DNA of 54,280 bases from Acidobacteriota bacterium (GTDB taxonomy: Bacteria > Acidobacteriota > Vicinamibacteria > Vicinamibacterales > CAVVIG01). The translations under genes were made by a program, and so were the position numbers. Below, piece after piece: positions 38,216 to 46,247 of this stretch (its first letter is position 1; each line of letters opens with the position of its first letter). The notes below the pieces were generated by a model that worked only from the letters and a program-made list of their open reading frames with translations, ran no database searches and was not told the origin of the DNA. The DNA is taken from assembly GCA_028876655.1 (NCBI GenBank), contig JAGWRA010000118.1, positions 1 to 54,280 of the forward strand, written 5' to 3'.

Positions 38216-39598
38216 TCACGCCGAGAGATCCACCTGCTCGAGGTATTCGGGCACGTGCACCGTCCAGCCGAGGCGCCTCTGGATCTCCACCTTCAGCGTG
38301 TCCTGCGCCGCCGGCTCGCCGTGGACGACGAAGGTGCGGGTGGGCGGCCGGGTGAAGCCGCCGAGCCAGCGCATGATCTCGCCGGCGTCGGCGTGCGCCG
38401 ACATCGACTCGAGCCGCTCGATCCGGGCGCGCACGTCGACCAGCCGGCCGTGCATCTTCACCTGCCGCTCGCCGTCGACGAGCCGCCGCCCGCGCGTGCC
38501 CGCCGCCTGGTAGCCGACGAAGAGGATCGTGTTGTCGGGATCGGGCAGCGTCTGCTCGAGGTGGTACAGCACGCGCCCGCCCGTGGCCATGCCGCTCGAG
38601 GAGATCACGATCGCCGGATCGCGGCGTGCCGTCAGCTTCTTCGATTCCTCGGGCGTCTGGACCGTGCGGAACCGCGCGGTGCAGAAGGCGCAGACGCGGC
38701 GTCCCTCGGGTCGCAGCCCGGGGTCGAGCTCGTTGATCCGCTGCGAGTAGTACCTGAGGCCCTCGATGGCCATCGGGCTGTCGAGGTATACGGGCAGCAC
38801 CGGAATCCGCTGCTCGTCCTCCAGCCGCCTGATCCAGTAGACGAGCTCCTCGACGCGGCCGATGGCGAACGAGGGGATGACGAGACGGCCGCCGCGGTCG
38901 GCGGTCCGCCGGATGATCTCCGCGAGGTGCTCGCCGTTGTCGTCGGGCTCGTGCAGGCGATCGCCGTAGGTCGATTCGACCAGCAGGAAGTCGGCCTCGG
39001 GCACGGCGACCGGATCCGGCAGCACCGGCCGGCCGTAGCGCCCCAGGTCGCCGCCGAAGAGGATCGTGCGGCCGTCGGGCAGCGTCATCCGGACGAACGA
39101 CGACCCGAGCAGGTGGCCGGCATTGAGGAACTCCACCTGCACGCCGTCGGCCACCGGCATAGGGCGCTCGTAGCCGACCGGCTGCAGCTGCGAGATGGCG
39201 CGCCAGGCGTCGGCCTCGGTCAGCAGCGGGAGTGCCGGGCGGTGCTTGCTGTAGCCGTGCTTGTTGGCCGACCGCGCGTCTTCCTCGGCGATGCGCGCCG
39301 CGTCGGGCAGCACGAGCCGGCAGAGCTCGGCGGTCCCGGCCGTGCAGAAGATGCGGCCGCGGAACCCCTGCGCCACCAGCCGCGGCAGGTAGCCGCAGTG
39401 ATCGAGGTGGGCGTGCGTGAGGACGACCGACTCGATCGTGGACGCGCGCACGGGGTGCTCGTCCCAGTTGCGGAGCCGCAGCTCCTTCAACCCCTGGAAC
39501 AGGCCGCAGTCGACGAGCAGCCGGCTCTTCGGGAAGTCGAGGAGGTACTTCGACCCGGTGACCGTGCGCGTGGCCCCGAGGAACTTCAGCGTGGGCAT
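38216..39598 (-). CDS. MBL-fold beta-CASP RNA-processing nuclease (YSH1-like)
   Basis: VTGS, THAHLDH, AGH.LGS, ESTYG, SSGMATGGR, SAHAD and VHGE motifs. Confidence 0.92.
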   Translation of the reverse strand: MPTLKFLGATRTVTGSKYLLDFPKSRLLVDCGLFQGLKELRLRNWDEHPVRASTIESVVLTHAHLDHCGYLPRLVAQGFRGRIFCTAGTAELCRLVLPDAARIAEEDARSANKHGYSKHRPALPLLTEADAWRAISQLQPVGYERPMPVADGVQVEFLNAGHLLGSSFVRMTLPDGRTILFGGDLGRYGRPVLPDPVAVPEADFLLVESTYGDRLHEPDDNGEHLAEIIRRTADRGGRLVIPSFAIGRVEELVYWIRRLEDEQRIPVLPVYLDSPMAIEGLRYYSQRINELDPGLRPEGRRVCAFCTARFRTVQTPEESKKLTARRDPAIVISSSGMATGGRVLYHLEQTLPDPDNTILFVGYQAAGTRGRRLVDGERQVKMHGRLVDVRARIERLESMSAHADAGEIMRWLGGFTRPPTRTFVVHGEPAAQDTLKVEIQRRLGWTVHVPEYLEQVDLSA

Positions 39599-39664
39599 GC
39601 GGGAACTATAGCGCAGGCGGGAGGAGGGCTACGGGCTTCAGGCTACGGGCTGCGGGCCCGTTGC

Positions 39665-39691
39665 GGCACCGAGCTGAAGCTCGGCGCCTAC
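39665..39691 (-). repeat. GTAG-type REP palindrome
   Basis: Minus strand reads GTAG-GCGCCGAGC-TTCA-GCTCGGTGCC: GTAG tetranucleotide followed by a hairpin. Single copy in this window. Confidence 0.6.
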
Positions 39692-39715
39692 GACCTCACA
39701 GTGCCGGCACGTTGT

Positions 39716-39904
39716 CGCCGATTGAGAACTCAGCGCCTGCGGCCATGCCGAGCCGAGGACATGAAGATCAGAGGCCAGGCATCGGCGTCAGTTCGCGATG
39801 GGGGTGCCGCCTTCGCGCCGACGGCGCTACGGCGAGCCTCGCCGTAGCTCGCGCGATTCACCTGGCGAGCGTAGGCGGGGGGCCCCGGCGCCACTGAAGA
39901 ATGC
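39716..39904 (+). repeat. Family A repeat (copy 4) interrupted by a 72-bp nested palindromic element at 39807-39878
   Basis: GGGGGTG | CCGCCTTCGC...GCGTAGGCGG | GGGGCCCC...CACTGAAGAATGC. Confidence 0.8.
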
Positions 39905-39911
39905 CAGCCCC

Positions 39912-40364
39912 CTAGAGACGGGATCGGATTCCCGGCAGCGACAGCCAGACGCGGATGCGGGCCAGCAACTCGGAGGCCGTCCGGTTGAACGCCCGCTGCC
40001 GGGCGTCCTCGCTGCCGTCGGCGGCCGCCGGATCCGGGAAGCCCCAGTGGATGCGCTGCGGGGCCCCGGGGAACACCGGGCAGGTTTCGGCCGCCCGGTC
40101 GCAGACGGTGATGACGTAGTCGAACGGCTGGCCGATGAACGGCTCGACCGACTTGGGATGCTGGCCGGTCATTTCGAGGCGGTACAGCTCGCTGAGCGCC
40201 TGCAGGGCCATCGGGTGGATCTCGGGCTGCGGCTCGGTGCCAGCGCTGTGCACCTCGATCCGGCCCTTCGACTCGTGCCGCAGCAGCGCTTCGGCCATCT
40301 GCGAGCGCGCCGAGTTACCGGTACACAGGAAGAGCACGCGGAGGGGCTGAGGGGCGTCTGACAT
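39912..40364 (-). CDS. arsC: Arsenate reductase, LMW-PTP (thioredoxin-coupled) type
   Basis: CTGNSARSQMAE, ITVCD...CP and HWGFPDP motifs. Confidence 0.9.
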   Translation of the reverse strand: MSDAPQPLRVLFLCTGNSARSQMAEALLRHESKGRIEVHSAGTEPQPEIHPMALQALSELYRLEMTGQHPKSVEPFIGQPFDYVITVCDRAAETCPVFPGAPQRIHWGFPDPAAADGSEDARQRAFNRTASELLARIRVWLSLPGIRSRL

Positions 40365-40372
40365 ACCCCGGC

Positions 40373-40405
40373 AGTCTACCTCATATATTCGTCAAGGCGA
40401 ATGTA
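40373..40405 (-). promoter_or_regulatory. Putative repressor operator and -10 upstream of arsC
   Basis: TATATTCG-N6-CGAATGTA imperfect inverted repeat (40384-40405), AT-rich, just upstream of TAGACT -10. Confidence 0.5.
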
Positions 40406-40461
40406 ACATCTGAGTAAACGGGGATGTAGCCAACTCGGGATTGGGGGTTGGCTGGACCCGG

Positions 40462-40576
40462 CGCCGACTGAGAACTCGGCGCCTGCGGCCATGCGAGCCC
40501 GAGGACTGCGAATCCGAGGGTGAGCATCAGCGGCAGCGCGCGGCGGGGGTGGGGCCCCGCCGCCACTGAAGAATGC
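40462..40576 (+). repeat. Family A repeat (copy 5)
   Basis: CGCCGACTGAGAACTCGGCGCCTGCGGCCATG...GCGGCGGGGGTGGGGCCCCGCCGCCACTGAAGAATGC. Confidence 0.88.
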
Positions 40577-40581
40577 CCGGC

Positions 40582-41568
40582 CTACGCCAGCAACCCTACC
40601 TGTCCCCCGGTGTGCCAGAAGAGGATCGTCTGGTCGGCCGTGAAGCGGCCGGCGCGCAGGTACTCGATGAAGCCGGCCATCGCCTTCGCGGTGTAGGTCG
40701 GATCCAGGAAGATCGCCTCGGTGCGCGCGACCAGCTCGATCGCCTCGCGCGACTCGTGCGTCGGCACGCCATAGCCCCCGCCCACGAACCCGTCGTCGAT
40801 CTCCGGCGGCCGCGCCGCCGCGAAGGCGCGGCCATCCAGCCCGAGCCGTTCGCCGACGCCCTCGACGATGGCGCGCACCGCCACGGCCAGCGACGCGGCC
40901 GGCTCGTCGGCGCTGACGCCGATGACGCGGGTCGCCAGCCCGTGCAGCTCGCAACCGGCGAGCAGACCGGCCTGCGTGCCGCCCGACGAGGTGGCGTGCA
41001 CGATGACATCCGGCGGGGGAATCTGCTCCAGCAACTCACCGATCGCGCGCACGAAGGCCAGGGCGCCGAGCGGCATCGACGCACCGATCGGGATCTCGTA
41101 CGGCCGCCGCCCGTCCTGCGTCAGCCGCTCGACGGCGTCGCGGACCCCTTGCGCGCGCGCCTCGCGCGACTCGACGAAGACGATTTCGGCGCCGAGCAGC
41201 TCGTCGAGCCGCGTGTTGCCGGTCGGCGCGTCCGGCCGGCGGCCGTTCAGCACGAGCACGCAGTCGAGACCGAGCCGGGCCGCCGCGGCCGCCGTCGCGC
41301 GTGCGTGATTGGACTGCAGGCCGCCGCTCGTCACGAGCGTGTCGGCGCCGCGCGCGCAGGCGTCCGCGGCGACGACCTCCAGCTTCCGCACCTTGTTGCC
41401 GCCGAAGGCGAAACCCAGCGCATCGTCGCGCTTCACGAGGAGCCGCGGCGCTGCGTCGAGCGCGGCGCGCAGGCGCGACAGGTCCTCCACCGGCGTCGGG
41501 ACCTGCGCGAGCGGCAGCAGCGGCACGCGATAGAGCTGGCGCAGGGCATCGTCGTACGAGGCAGGCAT
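40582..41568 (-). CDS. D-cysteine desulfhydrase / ACC deaminase family PLP enzyme
   Basis: KRDD...GGNKVRKL, QSNHAR, SSGGT.AG and LDPTYT.KA motifs. Confidence 0.9.
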   Translation of the reverse strand: MPASYDDALRQLYRVPLLPLAQVPTPVEDLSRLRAALDAAPRLLVKRDDALGFAFGGNKVRKLEVVAADACARGADTLVTSGGLQSNHARATAAAAARLGLDCVLVLNGRRPDAPTGNTRLDELLGAEIVFVESREARAQGVRDAVERLTQDGRRPYEIPIGASMPLGALAFVRAIGELLEQIPPPDVIVHATSSGGTQAGLLAGCELHGLATRVIGVSADEPAASLAVAVRAIVEGVGERLGLDGRAFAAARPPEIDDGFVGGGYGVPTHESREAIELVARTEAIFLDPTYTAKAMAGFIEYLRAGRFTADQTILFWHTGGQVGLLA

Positions 41569-41575
41569 GAGGCGT

Positions 41576-41585
41576 ATTGTATACT
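41576..41585. promoter_or_regulatory. Overlapping divergent -10 elements
   Basis: ATTGTATACT gives TATACT on + and TACAAT on -, in a 32-bp gap between divergent start codons. Confidence 0.65.
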
Positions 41586-41600
41586 TGTCGTTTTCATCCC

Positions 41601-42458
41601 ATGCGTACTCTGCTCGAAGCGCTCGAGGCCGGTTCGTCCGTGTTTGCGGCCGAACTGCGGCCGCCGCGCGCGGAGCTCACGCGCCACGAGGGGATGAACG
41701 CGTGGATCGACACGTACCATGCGGTGCGCGGCCTCACGCGGCGCGAGACGTTCGTCTTCCTCACCGACAGTGCCGTCGGCGCGAGTGAAGAGGACAACCT
41801 GCGCCACCTGATGATCAACCTGGGCGACGATGCCCCGCTCGGGCGCATCGTGCCGTTCCTCACCTGCAAGCATCCGCTGGACTACTGCCTCGGCTACGCG
41901 GATCGCGCGCGCCAGCACGGCTTCCCGGCGCTCGTGGTCCTCGGCGGCGACCGGCACGTCGGGACGCCGCGCTGCGTGGAACACGCCTGGCAGTTGCGGC
42001 GGGCGATCCGCGACCGCGAACCGTCGCTGGTGCTGGGCGGGTGGGCGAACCCGGCGGGGTCCGCCGCCGCGCAGGTCGACTACCTGCTGTCGCCCGATTT
42101 CACGGCGGAATTCTTCCTCACGCAGATCGTGAGCCATCACGATCCCGCCCCGGTCGAGCGGTTCCTGGCGGAGGGCGCGACGCGCGGCCTGGCAATCCCC
42201 GGCCTGTTCGGCGTCTTCTTCTACCGCAGCGCGAACCCGCGGACGCTCGAGACGCTGGCGCAGTTCCTGCCGGTGCCGGTGGACGCGCTGACGCGCGAGT
42301 TCGCGGCCGGTGCGACCGCCGAGGACGTCTGCGCCCGGACCATCCGGGCGATGATGGACCGCGGCGTCCGCCACTTCTACATCAGCAACCTGCCGATTAC
42401 GCGCGCCCAGGCCACGCTCGACGCGATTCTCGAACGCGTCGGCGCGGCGGCAAGGTAG
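41601..42458 (+). CDS. Divergent methylenetetrahydrofolate reductase-like protein
   Basis: AELRPPR, FLTD, FLTCK, VLGGD, FFLTQ and HFY echo MetF barrel motifs; similarity judged by eye. Confidence 0.55.
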   Translation: MRTLLEALEAGSSVFAAELRPPRAELTRHEGMNAWIDTYHAVRGLTRRETFVFLTDSAVGASEEDNLRHLMINLGDDAPLGRIVPFLTCKHPLDYCLGYADRARQHGFPALVVLGGDRHVGTPRCVEHAWQLRRAIRDREPSLVLGGWANPAGSAAAQVDYLLSPDFTAEFFLTQIVSHHDPAPVERFLAEGATRGLAIPGLFGVFFYRSANPRTLETLAQFLPVPVDALTREFAAGATAEDVCARTIRAMMDRGVRHFYISNLPITRAQATLDAILERVGAAAR

Positions 42459-42486
42459 ACTCCCCCTTCGTCGGGGCTCGGGGCTC

Positions 42487-42510
42487 GGGCCCCGGCGCCA
42501 GTGAAGAATG
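42487..42510 (+). repeat. Family A repeat remnant (copy 6)
   Basis: GGGCCCCGGCGCCAGTGAAGAATG, matching the 3' end of copy 4. Confidence 0.65.
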
Positions 42511-42521
42511 GGAGGCCCGCC

Positions 42522-43448
42522 GTGAACCGCATCGCCAGACTCGCCTTCGCCGCGCTCCTCGCCGCTCCGGTCACGCTGCTGGCGCAGCCGGCGGCCACGC
42601 CGCCCACGCCGCTCCAGAACCTGAAGGCCTCGATCGAGCGGATCATCGGCGCCACCGGCGCCGACTGGGGCATCTACATGAAGTCGCTCGAGACCGGCGA
42701 GGAGATCGCCATCAACGCCGACCGGCCGATGGAGACGGCCAGCACGATCAAGCTGACGCTGCTCACCGAGGTCTTCGAGCAGATCAAGGCCGGTAAACTG
42801 AAGCTCACCGACCAGTACACCGTCACGAAGGCCGACCAGGTCGGCGGCACGGGCATCATCCAGTTCCTCGACGTCGGCGACACGCTGACGATCAAGGATC
42901 TGGCCACGCTGATGGTGATCGTCTCGGACAACACGGCGACCGACGTGCTGTTCCGCGCCGTCGGCGGGCCCGAGGTGGTCGCGCGGCGGATGCAGCAGAT
43001 GGGGTTCAAGGAGACGCGGCCCCAGTGGACGGTCCACGGCTACTTCGCCGCGCTGACGGCTGCCCCCGATCGCCTGAAGTTCAACAGCGGTCCCCGCAAC
43101 CGCTTCGGCCAGACGACGGCGCGCGAGATGGGGCGGCTGCTGGAGTTGATGGAGCGAGGCCAGCTGGTGGACAAGGCCTCGTCGGACATGATGCTGCAGA
43201 TCATGCGGCGCCAGCTCTACCGGACGCGCATCCCGCGGTACCTGGATGGGCGCTGGCAGATCCCGCACAAGACGGGCGAACTGCCGCCCTACGTGGCCGA
43301 CGATGTCGGCGTGCTGGAGCGGCCGGGGCACCGCATCGTCCTGACCGTACTCACCGACCAGCAGGCGGGCCAGGGCTCCTACGAGATGCTGGAGGCCGCC
43401 ATCGGCCGGGTGGCGCAGCAGGTCGCGGAGTATTACGAATATCGATAG
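42522..43448 (+). CDS. Class A beta-lactamase-like serine hydrolase, secreted
   Basis: STIK (SxxK), SDN and HKTG motifs; signal peptide; GTG after GGAGG. Confidence 0.88.
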   Translation: MNRIARLAFAALLAAPVTLLAQPAATPPTPLQNLKASIERIIGATGADWGIYMKSLETGEEIAINADRPMETASTIKLTLLTEVFEQIKAGKLKLTDQYTVTKADQVGGTGIIQFLDVGDTLTIKDLATLMVIVSDNTATDVLFRAVGGPEVVARRMQQMGFKETRPQWTVHGYFAALTAAPDRLKFNSGPRNRFGQTTAREMGRLLELMERGQLVDKASSDMMLQIMRRQLYRTRIPRYLDGRWQIPHKTGELPPYVADDVGVLERPGHRIVLTVLTDQQAGQGSYEMLEAAIGRVAQQVAEYYEYR

Positions 43449-43491
43449 GTGACGGGGGCAGGGATTGGGGATTGGGGATTCGGCGGGAAGG

Positions 43492-43597
43492 GAGAACTTC
43501 GCCGAAGGCCATGCCGAGCCGAGGATAGGGAAATCCGAGGCGAGGCATCGGCGTCAGCTCCGCGCGGGGGTGGGGCCCCGCGCGCATTGAATAATGC
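43492..43597 (+). repeat. Family A repeat (copy 7), preceded by GGGGATT heptamers
   Basis: GAGAACTTCGCCGAAGGCCATGCCGAGCCGAGGA...CGCGCGGGGGTGGGGCCCCGCGCGCATTGAATAATGC. Confidence 0.88.
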
Positions 43598-43680
43598 AGG
43601 CGGACGGCTGCTGCGTCATAATTGACCCTCGGCGTCAGGCGGCCCCGGTCCATCCTTCCCCGTGCGAGGCGATAGCTGTC

Positions 43681-44895
43681 ATGGCTGAATATCTGGATTC
43701 CGTTCCGCTCTCGGGCATCACCCTCATCCGCGACCTGATGTACTCCGTGAAGGACCCCTTCCGGCTGGATCAGGGCGACGTCAGCTTCGACGCGCCGGAT
43801 TCGGTGAAGGCGGCGATGCGGAAGGCGATCGACGACAACCGGTCGCACTACCTGCAGACCAACGGCCTGCCGCGGCTGCGCGAGCTCATCGCGCAGAAGC
43901 TGCGCGAGCAGAACGGCACGCCGGTGGAGAGCCCCGAGGAGATCCTGGTCACCAACGGCGGCATGCACGGCATCTACGCGGTGATGCAGGCGCTGCTCGA
44001 GCCGGGCGACGAGGTGATCGTGCCGGATCCGGAGTGGCCGCCCACGGTGGGGCACGTCATGGCGGCGCGCGCCGTGCCGGTCGCCTGCCCGCTCTACGAG
44101 TCGCTCGACTGGCGCTACGACCTCGACGAGTTCGAGCGGAAGATCACGCCGCGGACGAAGGCGCTCTACATCAACACGCCGAATAACCCGAGCGGCGGCG
44201 TCCTGACGCGCCAGGACCTCGAGCGGATTGCGGCGATCGCCCGCGAGCGGAACCTGTGGGTCTTCTCGGACGAGGCCTACGAGGACATGCTGTTCGACGG
44301 CGCCGAGCACATCAGCATCGCCTCGCTGCCGGGGATGTACGAGCGGACGATCCCGATCTACACCTACAGCAAGACCTACGCGATGACGGGCCTGCGGCTC
44401 GGCTACGTCGCGGTGAAGGACCCGGTGATCCGCGACCGTGCGAAGAAGGTGATCGCCTACACGACCGCCAACGTCTCGTCGGTCGTGCAGTACGGCGGCA
44501 TCGGCGCCCTCGAGGGCGGCCGGGCGCCGATCGACGGGTTCGTGAAGGAACTGGACGTCCGTCGCGCCCTCTTCTACAAGGGGCTGGCCGAGCTCGGCGG
44601 CATCTTCACGGGCAAGCCGCCGAAGGCGGCGTTCTACGCCTTCGTGAAGATCGATCCGGCGTGGAAGTCGTCGCCGGAGTACAAGCAGGCCGGCAAGGCG
44701 CTGCCGGGCCACGGCGACTCGATCTCGTGGCGCATGGCCGAGCACCTGATCACCCACGGCCGGATCGGCAACGTCCCGGGCGCCGACTTCGGCGCGCAGG
44801 GCGAAGGGCACATCCGCTTCTGCTTCGCGCGCGAGCGCGCGGAACTGAGCGGCGCCATCGAGTCGATGAAGGCGCTGTTCGGGGTGCGGGTCTAG
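43681..44895 (+). CDS. PLP-dependent aminotransferase class I (aspartate aminotransferase-like)
   Basis: NTPNNPSG, SDEAY, SKTYAMTGLRLGY and IRFCFA motifs. Confidence 0.92.
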   Translation: MAEYLDSVPLSGITLIRDLMYSVKDPFRLDQGDVSFDAPDSVKAAMRKAIDDNRSHYLQTNGLPRLRELIAQKLREQNGTPVESPEEILVTNGGMHGIYAVMQALLEPGDEVIVPDPEWPPTVGHVMAARAVPVACPLYESLDWRYDLDEFERKITPRTKALYINTPNNPSGGVLTRQDLERIAAIARERNLWVFSDEAYEDMLFDGAEHISIASLPGMYERTIPIYTYSKTYAMTGLRLGYVAVKDPVIRDRAKKVIAYTTANVSSVVQYGGIGALEGGRAPIDGFVKELDVRRALFYKGLAELGGIFTGKPPKAAFYAFVKIDPAWKSSPEYKQAGKALPGHGDSISWRMAEHLITHGRIGNVPGADFGAQGEGHIRFCFARERAELSGAIESMKALFGVRV

Positions 44896-44951
44896 TCCAG
44901 GCGGCGGGCGGCGGGCCACGGACGACGATCTCCCGCGCCCGGCCCTCCGCG

Positions 44952-46181
44952 TCAGTTCCTGCGATCGAAGTGCAGGAACCGGTCCATCACGAAGTCGCCG
45001 TCGATCGCCTCCCCGCTGAGGGCCATCGCCAGCAGCTCGCCGCCGAGCACCTGCGGGGCGATCACGATGTCGGGCTGCACCAGCTTCATCCGCTCCACGT
45101 GCTTGCTGTCGTTGATCGCGGCGACGGTCTTCGCCTTCCCCTTCAGCTCCTTCACCGCCAGGACGATGAAGGCGTTCTCCGAATCGTCCGCCCGCATGGC
45201 GAGCACCGCCTGGGCCCGATCCGCGTCCGCCCGCCTCAGGATCTCCAGGCTGTTCGCGTCGCCGACGATCACGTCCTCGGCATCGAGGTCGTCGGCCTCG
45301 GTCTGCGCCTGCGGCAGGATCAGGGTGACCTGGTGCTTCCGGCGCTTCAGCTCCCGGTAGGTGTTGAAGGCGAGGGCCGTGGCGCCGACGATGATGTAGT
45401 GGTCGCTCCGCTTCATGCGCGTCCTCTTCTGGGTCATGATCCGCTGCAGGCTGCCGCTCACCATCGGCCCGATGATGGCCGTGATCGACGTGGCGAACAC
45501 GGCCACGCCGAAGAGGATCAGCGAGACGGTGAACAGCCGCGCGTGCACGGTCCTGGGGGTGATGTCGCCGTAGCCGACCGTCGACATCGTCACCATCGAA
45601 TAGTAGAGCGCCGTCGACAGGTCGCCGATGCGCGGCGAGAACTCCGCGCCGAGATAGAAGCTGCCGAACACCGCGTAGATGAGGAGCAGCAGGCTGCTGG
45701 CGACGGCGAACAGCGTGGCGGCCGCCAGGCTGGTGCGGTCGAAGGCCCGGCGCGCCAGCAGCAGGGCGGCGAGCAGCGCCGCATCGTAGTTCAGCAGCAG
45801 CGGATAGGCGACCAGCCGCAACAGCGTCAGCACCAGGATCATCGCGACCGTCAGGACGAGGGCGACGACCCACGCGAAGCGCGACCGGAACGCGAGGCCG
45901 ATCGACATCGCCGGCATGGCGAGGCCGAGCAGCAGGTACGGCATGCTGGCGGGCGGGACGTTCAGGACGTGAAACGGGAAATCGGCGAGCAGCGCCTGCC
46001 GGCCGGCGCCGAACGTGTGCGACAGCAGCAGCAGCCCGGCGCCGGCGACGGCCAGCGCGAGGGGCAGGTGCGGGAACCAGTAGGCCGCCGCCAGGCGGTC
46101 GGCGAGGCGGCGCCCGAACAGTCGCAGCCGCTGTAACCGACCGGGGGCGAACGACCAGTGGATGGGCTGCCGTACGGTCAA
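44952..46181 (-). CDS. kch: Kch-like potassium channel with RCK domain
   Basis: TMSTVGYGD selectivity filter; several TM helices; C-terminal RCK domain DHYIIVG...DSENAFIVL; TTG start after GGGAG. Confidence 0.88.
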   Translation of the reverse strand: MTVRQPIHWSFAPGRLQRLRLFGRRLADRLAAAYWFPHLPLALAVAGAGLLLLSHTFGAGRQALLADFPFHVLNVPPASMPYLLLGLAMPAMSIGLAFRSRFAWVVALVLTVAMILVLTLLRLVAYPLLLNYDAALLAALLLARRAFDRTSLAAATLFAVASSLLLLIYAVFGSFYLGAEFSPRIGDLSTALYYSMVTMSTVGYGDITPRTVHARLFTVSLILFGVAVFATSITAIIGPMVSGSLQRIMTQKRTRMKRSDHYIIVGATALAFNTYRELKRRKHQVTLILPQAQTEADDLDAEDVIVGDANSLEILRRADADRAQAVLAMRADDSENAFIVLAVKELKGKAKTVAAINDSKHVERMKLVQPDIVIAPQVLGGELLAMALSGEAIDGDFVMDRFLHFDRRN

Positions 46182-46247
46182 GCGGACTCTCCCGGTGGCC
46201 CCGATGCTGCGTCCCCGTCTCGCGGGACCCGGCCGTCCGACCCCTCG

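Noticed and set aside
33002-38513. Long + strand ORFs (1153 aa and 846 aa)
   Set aside because: Antisense to well-supported genes, with Arg/Gly-rich composition typical of GC-rich shadow frames.
42522-43448. Bona fide beta-lactam resistance gene
   Set aside because: SxxK/SDN/KTG are shared by many non-resistance serine hydrolases, and I could not identify the class A ExxLN omega-loop motif.
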